A DNA stretch of 64,000 nt, from assembly GCA_965218095.1 (NCBI GenBank), contig OZ244587.1, positions 5,280,001 through 5,344,000 on the forward strand. Reading direction: 5' to 3'. This DNA comes from Candidatus Poribacteria bacterium (GTDB taxonomy: Bacteria > Poribacteria > WGA-4E > PCPOR2b). Every line of letters begins with the position of its first letter. The first letter of the stretch is position 1. Shown here piece after piece: positions 40,601-49,666 of the stretch. The notes beneath the pieces are model-generated. The model was given only the letters and a program-made list of their open reading frames with translations, ran no database searches and was not told the DNA's origin. The position numbers and the translations under genes were made by a program.

Positions 40601-40970
40601 ACGTTTTAATCAACGCTTCACTTTCGTCGGTCTGATCCATCAACTCGACCGACTCTATGATATTCTCTACGGTGTCTGCCCCCATCTGCCGACGTTCGGT
40701 TCGCTTGGGATAAGCCTGCGCTTCTGCAGCTTCTGCGACTTGCTCTAATCTGCGATACCCCTCGGCGAGCTGCTCCAACGTTTCACGATTGGTGGTGTTA
40801 CCGATCAGCAGGCGCAGTTCTTTGGCGTGCTGGAGTTCTTTCGCAATGCTTTGGAATCCCGACAGAAAAAAGTAGCCCACCGCGAATCTTGCTTTTTCAG
40901 TGGAGTCGAGGATGACGTTGATGTGCTCGACCAACTTTTCGTTGCGGTTGTCGATGATGTCGTGTTGCAT
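37635..40970 (-). CDS. PLD-nuclease + SNF2-like helicase fusion
   Basis: AVGYFFLSG, RLHAKAY and VGSSNLT (PLD); DVVGLGKS, DESHNF, LTATP, EGLNLQ and QRFGRIDR (SF2). Confidence 0.92.
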   Translation of the reverse strand: MQHDIIDNRNEKLVEHINVILDSTEKARFAVGYFFLSGFQSIAKELQHAKELRLLIGNTTNRETLEQLAEGYRRLEQVAEAAEAQAYPKRTERRQMGADTVENIIESVELMDQTDESEALIKTLAKMIAEKRLLARVYTKGRLHAKAYIFDYDGDGRYEKGIAVVGSSNLTLSGVSHNTELNVVVQGNANHAELCRWFDELWDEAEDFDESLMEVMKSSWAIAPVRPYDIYMKTLYELVKDRLEGEDEADILWVDDIIKQLADFQKVAVRQAVQIIRDYGGAFVSDVVGLGKSYIGAAIVKYFERTENARPLIICPAPLIEMWERYNEVYQLNARVLSMGVLREGDGGQGEQVHSTASTILGDVIYRDRNFVLVDESHNFRHPDTQRYKVLQTFLATRRRCCFLTATPRNKSAWDIYHQIKLFHHNDITDLPIDPPNLRTYFRQIEKREKNLPDLLRNILIRRTRNHILRWYGFDEGTDHPVDPSRFQEYLDGHRKAYVVVGGKKQFFPKRVLETISYNIEDTYQGLYFKLREHIGKPRSSQLNSSSAGELTYARYGLWNYVIEAKQKQEPYTNLQRSGINLRGLMRILLFKRFESSVYAFKQTVRRLLAVHERFLEALEGGIVPAGEEAQAILYEPNEAEEQDLMDALRQASARYDIADFKIEALRADIEHDLQLLRGMSELVSPITAVQDAKLQILKQHLAEPPLNEGKCLIFTQYADTARYLFENLNPDGKRDEVDVIYSGDKSKERAVGRFAPKANPEYQFQGGESELFTLIATDVLAEGLNLQDGDKIINYDLHWNPVRLIQRFGRIDRIGSKHDVIYGFNFLPETGIEQNLGLQQILHHRIQEIHDTIGEDAAILDKSEQLNETAMYAIYEGEGEQLSLFENAEDEKAIDLNEAEEILRQLRHEDPAEYERIANLRDGIRTAMPKGSQGTYLFCQAGRYQQLFLLDEKGGIISRDISRILSYIKCEPELSGGELPTDYNAVIMGVKRLFTQEIRDLQSERKHTLSLTQAQRYVLKELQLIFRNAPDEDISAQADTLEKAFRGTITNAVNQELNLLRRNGVTGNALLQNLIDLYHQHNMGEWESRQRDAQLENESVPKIICSAALV

Positions 40971-40993
40971 GGATGCATCCTAGATCTTCTTGG

Positions 40994-41020
40994 AACGCGC
41001 AATCAATTGCGCTACTACAA
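40994..41020 (-). repeat. GTAG-type REP palindrome (second copy at 61341-61366)
   Basis: TGTAGTAGCGCAATT.ATTGCGCGTT in both places. Confidence 0.75.
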
Positions 41021-41098
41021 GCCGTCAATTTGTCCAATCTTTCACTTGCAAGCCAGCCCCCGCTTGCTGTTGTAACTCTGCTTTTCGCATGGTTGTTA

Positions 41099-41569
41099 TT
41101 ATTCCTTGGCCCAATCCACCAGTGCTTTATCGGGCGATGAAATATCGGCGATAGATGTGTAGTAGTAGCGTTCCCATCCGAGGCGGGGTAGGCCGGTGAA
41201 AATCATCAGGTTGAGTGGGTATTCATCACTATCGACGGCACGTCGAAAGTCGTCCCGAAATAGGAAGGTAGGCTTGCCGAGTGCGATCGCTATCCCTAGC
41301 TCAATCATGACTCCTTCATCTGGTGGCACTCCGTTCACGACCGCGAAAATCGCGTCTGCGTCGAATACATCCTGTTTATCCTTTTGTCCAATTCGGTATG
41401 CCCAGTCGGAGGATATTGTGTCTTGGTTGTTGCGTTCAAATGGCTCCCACACTTCTAAGCCAACCGCTTCCAATGCCTTAATGAGAGCGGGTAATATGGT
41501 TTCTCGTTGTTGCTCTGAGAAGCCGTAGGGGTTCGCAAGATATATTGTCTTTTTTTTGTTCACGGGCAT
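41099..41569 (-). CDS. Nucleoside 2-deoxyribosyltransferase-family protein
   Basis: IYLANPYGF, D..D..AD, PDEGVMIELGIAIALGKP and NLMI motifs. Confidence 0.88.
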   Translation of the reverse strand: MPVNKKKTIYLANPYGFSEQQRETILPALIKALEAVGLEVWEPFERNNQDTISSDWAYRIGQKDKQDVFDADAIFAVVNGVPPDEGVMIELGIAIALGKPTFLFRDDFRRAVDSDEYPLNLMIFTGLPRLGWERYYYTSIADISSPDKALVDWAKE

Positions 41570-41574
41570 TGCTT

Positions 41575-42798
41575 TTACGATTCCCTCTCTTCTTGCAGGG
41601 ACTTGGCCGCAAAAATTGTTAAGCGTAATTCTTCGCCAAATAGTTCGTATACAGGGATTTTACCGCTCAGTCTTTCACTTTCGTTCAAAATGATACCAAC
41701 CCCTTCCCCCCGACGTTCTAAAAAGTGTCGCCGCACTACCTGTGCACCCATATCATCGTTGAGTGTCGTTTCCGAAAGTAGGCGAGCTAGGAGTTCGTTA
41801 CGGGGCGCTTGGTTGTAGCGCAAATCGTCCACCGTTAAGGTGTTTGCCAATGCACCCGGCGAATACAGTTCTAGCCGGTCAGTGAACATAAACAGACGAA
41901 TCTTCGATCCGGCTTTTGAATAATCTCTATGTACAACTGCATTAACCACTGCCTCAAAAACGGCTCTCATGCTGTATTGTGATCGTTCTATTCTGCCAAT
42001 TTCCTTGCGGGCCGATACTTGGTTGTATCTTTCAACAAATTTGAAGGCCTCCACAATCTGTTGGTCCAGCGGTCCCCTAAAATCCTTAGCATCAATCTGG
42101 TAGTTCGTATCCCTTTCCACGCCATTATAGAAAACAGCTTGAATGAAACTGTTATAGAGATAATCGTCGGGTTTATCATGACACATCAACAAACCGGCTA
42201 CCGAGGCGCGGTACTCCTCGCCTTCTTTGACTAGCAAACGTCTTTTAAGTAGCAGGTCTTCTATCTTCTCACGATCAGTCGCTCTTGCTGTAATAAATCG
42301 TTGATACAGCGTTTCCTTTAATGTGTCTTTGTGAGTGTTCGGCACGAACTGCTCATCAAAAGAGATTCTACGTGCCTGCGAGCGGCTTTGTAATAACCGC
42401 CCCAACTGCTCGGTGGTCATCTCTCTTTTGCTGCTGCCTTGGCGGATGAAATAACCGTTAGATGTTTTGTGAACAAACGGGCTCCGAGGCACCTCGATTT
42501 TTAACAGATTTTTATCATCAATCCGCAGTTTTTCTGTAACAATGTGAACCATGGAGTCAATGTTGTCCCGACATATCTCAAGCACTGTTTTCTCTGTCCT
42601 GTCCAAATCTCGGCGGTTCATGCCGACAATTTTGTTATGGTCGTCAACACCGATCAGTATTGCCCCACCGCTGGCGTTGGCAAAAGCAGCGATTTCATCG
42701 GCGAGACTCTCTCTGTGAGGTAACTCTCTTTTGAATTCAATCGTTGAGTCTTCTCCCAGATATATTTTTTCAGTGAGTTCTGTCAAACTGTCAAACAT
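41575..42798 (-). CDS. Schlafen/AlbA_2 domain + HATPase_c_4 protein
   Basis: GEDSTIEFKR, AAFANASGG.ILIGVDD, EAVVNAVVHRDY, SPG, RNELLA and GEG motifs. Confidence 0.9.
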   Translation of the reverse strand: MFDSLTELTEKIYLGEDSTIEFKRELPHRESLADEIAAFANASGGAILIGVDDHNKIVGMNRRDLDRTEKTVLEICRDNIDSMVHIVTEKLRIDDKNLLKIEVPRSPFVHKTSNGYFIRQGSSKREMTTEQLGRLLQSRSQARRISFDEQFVPNTHKDTLKETLYQRFITARATDREKIEDLLLKRRLLVKEGEEYRASVAGLLMCHDKPDDYLYNSFIQAVFYNGVERDTNYQIDAKDFRGPLDQQIVEAFKFVERYNQVSARKEIGRIERSQYSMRAVFEAVVNAVVHRDYSKAGSKIRLFMFTDRLELYSPGALANTLTVDDLRYNQAPRNELLARLLSETTLNDDMGAQVVRRHFLERRGEGVGIILNESERLSGKIPVYELFGEELRLTIFAAKSLQEERES

Positions 42799-42918
42799 TG
42801 CTAATCCCCCAATCAATATATTACTGTCTGCATCGTGGATTGTCGCAGACTAACGGAGGACACGGATTCAAAGGTAGTCAATCAACTCAGAGAATGGAAT
42901 AGCTAGATGCCTTCCCAC

Positions 42919-43548
42919 TCAGTTCTGAGAGGGATCGGAAACTGATTGTGCGCTGCGGATGCGGTCTAATGTTCGCTTTAGACTTAGAGATGCAACAGCA
43001 GCACGTTCTAAATCCCAATGGGTTCGTACAAATTCGCTGAAACGACTGTTATATTCGGGACCTACTCTTGCGGTCGCTGCTCGTGGTCCCGGCACTAGCT
43101 GGTCTCGCAATCTTCTCTTGTTACTCCTTCGTGCAAGCGAGACCAGAAATTCTTTGGGATTGTCTATAACGTCTGTGTTGGACGGAATCCGATTTACGGG
43201 TATTGATAGAAATCCTGCGAGGGCACTCCGATCTGCCATAATCCAAGATTCGACTTCCATGACCGCAACGCGAAAGAAAAAACCAGGATTTAGGGAGCCT
43301 TTAACCCAAGATTCAATCAGGTTCGGAGGACAATTTTTGGAGGAGTCTAAATCTGTCAACATGAATACGTAAGGCGGTCCCTTGGCTGATCGGTTGAGTT
43401 CGATGGCTCTCCTTTGAAGGTAAGAATTCCCTTGATATGTATTTGGGATTCTTTGCACAATTTCGATACCAAAATGCTTTAGAATTTTAGTCGAAACTGC
43501 ATTGCTTAGTGCATCCTCAACTGCAAGGATTACGCTGTTTAGGCTCAT
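42919..43548 (-). CDS. DUF4276-like (TOPRIM/OLD-type) protein, partner of the ATPase
   Basis: LAVED, LTDLD..CPP, AVMEVESWIMAD and SLSLKR; translationally coupled to the upstream ATPase. Confidence 0.75.
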   Translation of the reverse strand: MSLNSVILAVEDALSNAVSTKILKHFGIEIVQRIPNTYQGNSYLQRRAIELNRSAKGPPYVFMLTDLDSSKNCPPNLIESWVKGSLNPGFFFRVAVMEVESWIMADRSALAGFLSIPVNRIPSNTDVIDNPKEFLVSLARRSNKRRLRDQLVPGPRAATARVGPEYNSRFSEFVRTHWDLERAAVASLSLKRTLDRIRSAQSVSDPSQN

Positions 43549-44699
43549 TATAGGAAACTCAACTGTTCAGCATTTTCGGGTTTGGCTCTTGAAAGCACGG
43601 CTTCACTGACTGTCAATCCAGCCTCAAGGAGTGTTCGCACTTCATCAATATCGGAGGCTATTTTGACTGCGGTTCCCTCTTTTGCAGGTGTGAGCAAAAG
43701 CACCTCCCTCCCATCAATGCCGGCTTCTGTCAGCAGGGCATCGCTATGTGTACTAACGAAGACCTGTCGCCGCCGTCTTCTTTGCATCTTAGAAATAAGG
43801 GCCGCGAGCTGTGATACAATTCCCGCGTTTAATGAAAGTTCGGGCTCCTCCAATAAGAGGACGGACTCACTTTCGAGCAGTGCCCATAATAGCCCCAGAA
43901 GACGCAGCGTCCCGTCAGAAAATTGATCTTCGCGTTGCCGACCTGCATTCGGACGCCAGTGGGAATACAGTGCCTGTAAATGGGGGCGGCCGGTGGTTTC
44001 GTCGCGAATAAATTCCAAACCCTCAAGTTGAGGCACAGCAATTTTGAGGGCTTGTTCGATTCTTTTTAAGCGTGAACGGCGGGTTTTTTCCGGGACACTA
44101 GCGACCCTTTCAAGGAACCCTTGCCCAAACGGATCATCTTCAACGATTCTTCCCTGAATTGAATCGGCAAACCGTAAGAGTTGAGGAACCAGATGCAGGT
44201 ATGTGATGGTTTGGAGGAAACGCACTATTTCCCGAAAATCGGCATTAACATTAATCTGCTCAAGAAAGGTCTGGGTGAGTCGATCTCGATCCGCTTCATC
44301 TTCCGCATTTGGTCTACTAAGGAGTTGTTCACCATTTTTCCATACACGTTCATAAGTGAGATAGGTCCGGCGGTATCCACGCGTTTCTTGGCGAAATCCG
44401 AGTCCATATTTCCAAGTTGCAGGAGAGTCTGAATCGTCGGCAAGGTGAATTTCAATTGTAACTTCTGGATCGCGCCGCGCTGCCAAACTACGGATTTTAG
44501 AAACTCCGCCTCGGTCTTTGACCGCTTTCTGAAAGCCCCCTCCCTCTGCTTTTACGATATCTCGAAGAAAACGAAAGATATCGAGGAGGTTGGATTTGCC
44601 GGACGCATTCACGCCTATGATAAACTGGCGTTCGCTAAGACGCACATCAATCTGTTGAAAATTACGCCAGTTTTTCGCGATGAGGTGATTGATAATCAT
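43548..44699 (-). CDS. AAA_21/ABC-type ATPase
   Basis: NWRNF, GVNASGKSN, FSDGTLR, LLEEPE and STHS motifs. Confidence 0.92.
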   Translation of the reverse strand: MIINHLIAKNWRNFQQIDVRLSERQFIIGVNASGKSNLLDIFRFLRDIVKAEGGGFQKAVKDRGGVSKIRSLAARRDPEVTIEIHLADDSDSPATWKYGLGFRQETRGYRRTYLTYERVWKNGEQLLSRPNAEDEADRDRLTQTFLEQINVNADFREIVRFLQTITYLHLVPQLLRFADSIQGRIVEDDPFGQGFLERVASVPEKTRRSRLKRIEQALKIAVPQLEGLEFIRDETTGRPHLQALYSHWRPNAGRQREDQFSDGTLRLLGLLWALLESESVLLLEEPELSLNAGIVSQLAALISKMQRRRRRQVFVSTHSDALLTEAGIDGREVLLLTPAKEGTAVKIASDIDEVRTLLEAGLTVSEAVLSRAKPENAEQLSFL

Positions 44700-44780
44700 A
44701 ACAGTAACTCCCGATAAGTTTGATAATCAAATTCTGGTTCTGCTGTAGTGTATTTCCTTAGGGGCAAGGCGCCCGCGCCC

Positions 44781-44924
44781 GTAGGGAACAGCGATCCTCC
44801 GGTTCCGGTTCTGTTGGTTTCAGTGACTGAAACCAACAGAACCGTGAATCCACGATTCCGTAAGGATTGTTCCAATCCAACGGAATCGGGATCTGTGACC
44901 GAGAGTCCGAGAGTTGTTCCCTAC
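44781..44924. repeat. REPIN/MITE-like element with a central palindrome
   Basis: Ends GTAGGGAACA / TGTTCCCTAC; internal GGTTCTGTTGGTTTCAGT-G-ACTGAAACCAACAGAACC. Confidence 0.75.
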
Positions 44925-44939
44925 TGAAGTGCCTAAATC

Positions 44940-45872
44940 CTATCTAGGATTCCATTCGGCGTTATGTTCAGTGCTGAGTGTGGCTGCATCCGAATCGGTG
45001 TCTAAATCCACCCCATCGCCGTTCTTTAATAGCGAACGGGTTTTGTCGTGGAACTCTGGATTTTCCTTTCCCCGGATGTCATAACCCCAAATTCTGTTGT
45101 TGACGGCGTTATCTATAATGCTGTTGATGTAGGCATAGTCCAGATTGGTTCGCCGCTGAATCTCCTCTAGTTCCATACCGTTTTGGTACATACCGAGTAC
45201 CTCGTGCTTGACTTTTTCACGCGCCATCTTCTCTTTCATTTCATCTTCAGTGACGCCGGTTTCTGCCGTTATTTCATTAAAGCCTTTGCCTTCTCGTAAC
45301 ATATCGTGTGCTTTGTCTTGGTTTGTTATCTTGTCCAAGAGTTGCATTATTTTCGCATGGTCATTAGATTGTGCTTCGGTTTCGGTCTCCACTTCGGTAT
45401 CCTCGTCTGGGTCATTTTGCTCGACTGGCAGGGGTGGTGCTTTGACGCTCCTGACAGCTTGATTGAGAGTGAGCAATGCTTTCGGAACAAGTGAGATTCG
45501 CTCTTTTGGGCTAAGGGATGAAATTGTAGATTCCAGACTGTCATACGCGGCGTTCAATGCGCTCACTGCCTTAGATGCCAGTTGTCGGTGATGCTTCTCC
45601 AGCTCCCGCAGGTAATTCGCCTGCATTAGCCTGAATTGCTTATCCCACTTTCCGGCGTTGTAACAGCTATCGTTAGGGTTGACGGTGCAGATTGCCTCCT
45701 TTGCCCATCGATGGTCGGCTTTTGGATCGCCGGTTGTTCGCTCTGGGTATCGCTCGACAAGAGCGTCAGCGACTTCGGTGGTGCTATGATCGTGAGCAAA
45801 TAGAGAAAGCCATTCTGCTAGTTCGGATTGGGTCTGGTGGTATGGGTTTTTGTATTTTCGTTTTTGTGTCAT
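44940..45872 (-). CDS. Hypothetical helical protein with HTH-like C-terminal segments
   Basis: 310-aa ORF; GKGFNEITAETGV and GMELEEIQRRTNL HTH-like repeats. Confidence 0.65.
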   Translation of the reverse strand: MTQKRKYKNPYHQTQSELAEWLSLFAHDHSTTEVADALVERYPERTTGDPKADHRWAKEAICTVNPNDSCYNAGKWDKQFRLMQANYLRELEKHHRQLASKAVSALNAAYDSLESTISSLSPKERISLVPKALLTLNQAVRSVKAPPLPVEQNDPDEDTEVETETEAQSNDHAKIMQLLDKITNQDKAHDMLREGKGFNEITAETGVTEDEMKEKMAREKVKHEVLGMYQNGMELEEIQRRTNLDYAYINSIIDNAVNNRIWGYDIRGKENPEFHDKTRSLLKNGDGVDLDTDSDAATLSTEHNAEWNPR

Positions 45873-46060
45873 TTTCTAACCTTTTTGGTGATTTCGACGG
45901 AGTGTTTAGGTGATTAGTTGTTTCGACAGGATTAAGGATTCAAATGGACGCTGATAAACGCAGATGAACACAGATTTCTTTCGTTTTTCTATTTTTATCT
46001 GTGACAATCAGCGAAATCTGCGTCTGCATCTACTTTTAGAACTGAAGCGCGTAAGTCCTA

Positions 46061-46474
46061 TTACATTTGGATTATGACAAATACGCCGATGATGAAGGCA
46101 ATCTCTACCATATAGAAAATAACAAGGGTGAGAGAAAAGATAGCGGAGGGCCAGCTACATTTGGGTTTATTTTTGTGCTTCATAGGATTCATCTCGAAAT
46201 CGGTATCGGATTGAACTCTGATTTCGCCGTATACTTGTCGAAACAACCTCTCCTGTTGGAGAAAGTATCCGTCCAGAATCCAAAACCCCAGGGCGGGAAG
46301 AATAAGCACCAAGACAAAATGTGAGTTTTGCATGTCCGGTTTGGCGATCAAAACCATCGCTGCGACAATGAGGATCATGCTCCAGCTTTTGACCCAGAAA
46401 CTGTTGCTCCCCAAACGGTTAATAACGGCTTGGGTCATTTTCAAATGCTCTACGACCTTTTCTGTGCCATTCAT
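46061..46474 (-). CDS. Small multi-TM protein of a type seen in defence loci
   Basis: HLKMTQAVINRLGSNSFWVKSWS..FWILDGYFLQQERLFR..Y; three hydrophobic segments. Confidence 0.75.
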   Translation of the reverse strand: MNGTEKVVEHLKMTQAVINRLGSNSFWVKSWSMILIVAAMVLIAKPDMQNSHFVLVLILPALGFWILDGYFLQQERLFRQVYGEIRVQSDTDFEMNPMKHKNKPKCSWPSAIFSLTLVIFYMVEIAFIIGVFVIIQM

Positions 46475-46612
46475 GGATTTATCCCTCAGCACGAAATCTT
46501 GAAATTTGGTGGTGTCATTTAAGGTTAATTTTCTTTCGAGGACTTGCTCTACAATGGCGATTTCCTCATTGTCTGAATCGCGGATTGTTGCAGATTAACG
46601 GATGACACGGAT

Positions 46613-46702
46613 TCAAAGATAGTCAATGACCGCTTTCAGTTTTTCTGCCGAGAGTTGTTCAATTAACATAACCGCTTGCTGTTGTAGGTCTGCTTTTCGC
46701 AT
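46613..46702 (-). pseudogene. Truncated small antitoxin-like gene (29 aa), part of the repeated spacer unit
   Basis: MRKADLQQQAVMLIEQLSAEKLKAVIDYL*; partial copies at 41060-41093, 42825-42882 and 49658-49713. Confidence 0.55.
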
Positions 46703-46809
46703 GGTAATCCCTTATTCTCCTCTCAGGCTTTGTGGGGCGGAGATTCGTCTCCCGCAATCAAGATAGAAACGGGCGAATCAGGGCGCCTCTGCCACAAAAT
46801 ACCTTATTT

Positions 46810-47574
46810 TCATTTCGGGTAATCCCGTATCCGTAAATCTGCTGGCCATTCGGACATCTCATCACCTTTTCTTCCCCGGCTCCGCTTACGCGCCCAATCT
46901 GTGCCCATCTGCTTGACAAACAGGGCGACCGAGGCATCGAGGCACTGATCCCGAATATCAACAACCCACTCTTCCTCCATCGGTCTAGCATCTGTCCCTG
47001 ATTCCCCGCCAACGATTACCCAATCTATACCATCTAATCTGAGATTACCGAGTCGCCCAAGTAACGGCTCCAATGAAAGGAACTTAATTTGTGCCGCGGT
47101 CCCTCGTAGACAATCAATCCTGAAGGTATAGTCTACGCTTTCCACACTTACCCCCATCCAGATATTCGGCGGCCAAACCAATTGAGGACTCAATTCTGCA
47201 AGGCGTTCCGCACGTTTGGTTAGGACTTGAAATTGGTGCCAGTCAGCCCGTTTCATAACATCAAAGACCTTTTGGATGTACTCAAACGGCACACCTTCAT
47301 GGAACAAATCGCTCATGGAGTTAACGAAAATCAACCGAGGTCTTTTCCATTTTAAGGGTTGGTCCAAAAGGTGTGGTACACGTTGAATGCGGTTGGTCCA
47401 ACGGGGCCCAGCTTTCGTCATTTTGGCGAGCCCCTCGTATGCTAAGCCCTCGCGAGCAAATCGGGAGGCGATACGTTCGGCGTAGCAGAAGCGACAGCCT
47501 TCGGAGACACGGGTGCAGCCACGTACCGGATTCCATGTTGATTCTGTCCACTCGATCTTTGTTTGGGTAACCAT
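46810..47574 (-). CDS. DUF5131 (phage Gp37/Gp68-like three-Cys motif) protein
   Basis: IEWTESTWNPVRGCTRVSEGCRFCYA, FVNSMSDLFHE, LTKR, EPLLG, VGGESG and FVKQ motifs. Confidence 0.93.
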   Translation of the reverse strand: MVTQTKIEWTESTWNPVRGCTRVSEGCRFCYAERIASRFAREGLAYEGLAKMTKAGPRWTNRIQRVPHLLDQPLKWKRPRLIFVNSMSDLFHEGVPFEYIQKVFDVMKRADWHQFQVLTKRAERLAELSPQLVWPPNIWMGVSVESVDYTFRIDCLRGTAAQIKFLSLEPLLGRLGNLRLDGIDWVIVGGESGTDARPMEEEWVVDIRDQCLDASVALFVKQMGTDWARKRSRGRKGDEMSEWPADLRIRDYPK

Positions 47575-47580
47575 TTTTGC

Positions 47581-48444
47581 CTACCTTCTCAAGATGTGTT
47601 CTGCAATTCCTACAGCGGTTGAAGCACCCCTCGGGTTTCCCGCTGCAAAACAGAGCAAGTATAATGGAATATTGCGGCTATTGTATAATCGCAGCGGATT
47701 TTTTGCAACTTCCGTAAATACCGAATCTAAACGCTCAATAAAATAGTGTTCAATAGCATCCCAATTATCGACTTTTTGTTGACTTGGAAGATTTTCAAAA
47801 AGTGAAGGTGTTTCACTCTCTTTGTAAAATTCATTGAACCAATCCTTAGTTCCAAAAAACTGGTCAAGTATATTTCGTATACCCTCGTCAATTTGGCCAT
47901 CTCTCCGCAAAAGCCGATTCACAGCGACTCCGAGCGGAAAAAGTAGCCACAAGTCAATTGCTTTGGTATTGGCAATTGCTTCGATCGTTTGCCACTTAAC
48001 TTCCATTCCATAAGGATCTAGGAACAAAACAGCTCTCCGTCTCGAAGATAGCCAATTATAACTACACAAATTTTGAACGTGTGTGTTCCCATCAGCCCTA
48101 ACAAGCTCAATACGGTCACGCAGATGCGGGAAGTCATCCTTTAATTTTTCGAGCTTGGAAAAACGATCTTTGTCTTTCTCAATAAATATGTACGTGTCAA
48201 ACTGAGGCTCCACTTTAAGCGCGACTCGTGCAGAGCCATCAAGAAACTCCAACATTTCAGGGAACATCAACTCTGAAGAATTTTCACTCTCTTTGAGTGT
48301 CCTATACCCCGCTCCGGCAAACGCATCAATATAGGCAAAGCGGAATGGTTGTTTATTCATTATGGTTGCGTAAGCAGAAAGATACTTGCGCACACGCTCT
48401 AGCTTTTCTTCTGTCCAATTGCCACCAAATTGTATTTTCTTCAT
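47581..48444 (-). CDS. tcmP: Three-Cys-motif partner protein (TcmP, SAM-MTase-like fold)
   Basis: FGGNWTEEKL, YIDAFAGAG, DGSARVAL, FLDPYG and YLLCFA; immediately upstream of DUF5131. Confidence 0.88.
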   Translation of the reverse strand: MKKIQFGGNWTEEKLERVRKYLSAYATIMNKQPFRFAYIDAFAGAGYRTLKESENSSELMFPEMLEFLDGSARVALKVEPQFDTYIFIEKDKDRFSKLEKLKDDFPHLRDRIELVRADGNTHVQNLCSYNWLSSRRRAVLFLDPYGMEVKWQTIEAIANTKAIDLWLLFPLGVAVNRLLRRDGQIDEGIRNILDQFFGTKDWFNEFYKESETPSLFENLPSQQKVDNWDAIEHYFIERLDSVFTEVAKNPLRLYNSRNIPLYLLCFAAGNPRGASTAVGIAEHILRR

Positions 48445-48544
48445 TTTCATGCTCCTGTTATTATATATTAACACATGTTAAGTTACAAGTGATAGTTGAG
48501 GTTTTTTATCGCGTGATTGGTGTTTCAGTCGGTGTCATTTAAGT

Positions 48545-49649
48545 GAGGGGTGCTCATAAGTCCCCTTATCGAAAGAGTGTAATCAGATGTGTTACATTTC
48601 TCAGGGGTCTTCCCCAAATAGAATTGACTAACATAGCCAGTTGCAGTAAAACCACCCCCAGCATCAAAAAGGTAGAGACATTCGCTTTTCGACTCACCGG
48701 CAATTGCTTATGATTGGTATGGGTCGATAGTAATTGGCTCAACAATCCAAAGATAGGTTCAATAGCAACCTTGCGCTTGTGTTGATAGGTCTGCAACTGC
48801 GCCGATTGATTCACCGCTTCAACATAACGCCGTGCCCGCTGACTCTTTGCGCCTCTGACGGGAGTGATTAGCAACAGTCCCTGGTTCGCCAAGTGTTGGG
48901 TACGTTTCAAGTCGGTATAGCCGGCATCAGCGACTAAATACCCGATGTTCTGTTCAAGCAGTGTGTCGAGTTGTCGGTCAAGGACGGCTTTTTCACTCAC
49001 ACACGCGGTGTCAATGGCACTCATACGAGGCAATCCCTCTATAGAGACGGTCAGATGAAGCCCATAGCCGTAAACCCAACCGTGATAGTGACTCTTTGAC
49101 CAACTGGCGTCTGTGTCAATGGCACGGATGCCAGTTGGGATGCGATTGGCATTTCTATCCTTCTGATGCCAGACGCTTCCTTTTGCCTTAAACAGACTTT
49201 TGTCTTGGTAAACCACCTCTGGAGGTGAGTCAGGTATCAAAGTCATTCCCACATCACCGAGATACCCGATGAACGCCTCTAGCTGGTAAGCGAGTTGTTT
49301 GTAGCGTCGGCAAAGGGTTGCCCGAGACGGAACACATGCCAGTTTAAGACGACACAGCCACTGCGGGTGTAGCTTGAGCCATCTGTGTTGTGCCTTAAAG
49401 CGATGGAGGCCTTTGAGCGTTAAGATGGCAAAAAGGACAATCAAGCAGTCGTCTGTATACGATTTCGGACGTCCATGGCTCTCAGGTGGCGGTGCATGGC
49501 TGGAAGCGTTGAAATGGTCAAGTTGTTCAAACAAAAATGTGATATAATACGTACTGTCAGGATAACCCATGTTATAATCCTCTCTTTCTTGCACGTTAGA
49601 TTAGATTATAACCGTTATCCTGACTCAAGTCTACTTATGAGCACCCCTC
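48545..49649 (-). mobile_element. 1105-bp DDE (DDE_Tnp_1-type) IS, copy A; transposase 48566-49594
   Basis: 17-bp IRs GAGGGGTGCTCATAAGT / ACTTATGAGCACCCCTC; 8-bp TSD ATTTAAGT; YGYGLH, ADAGY and RKVAIEPIF motifs. Confidence 0.92.
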
Positions 49650-49666
49650 ATTTAAGTGAGAGTTGT

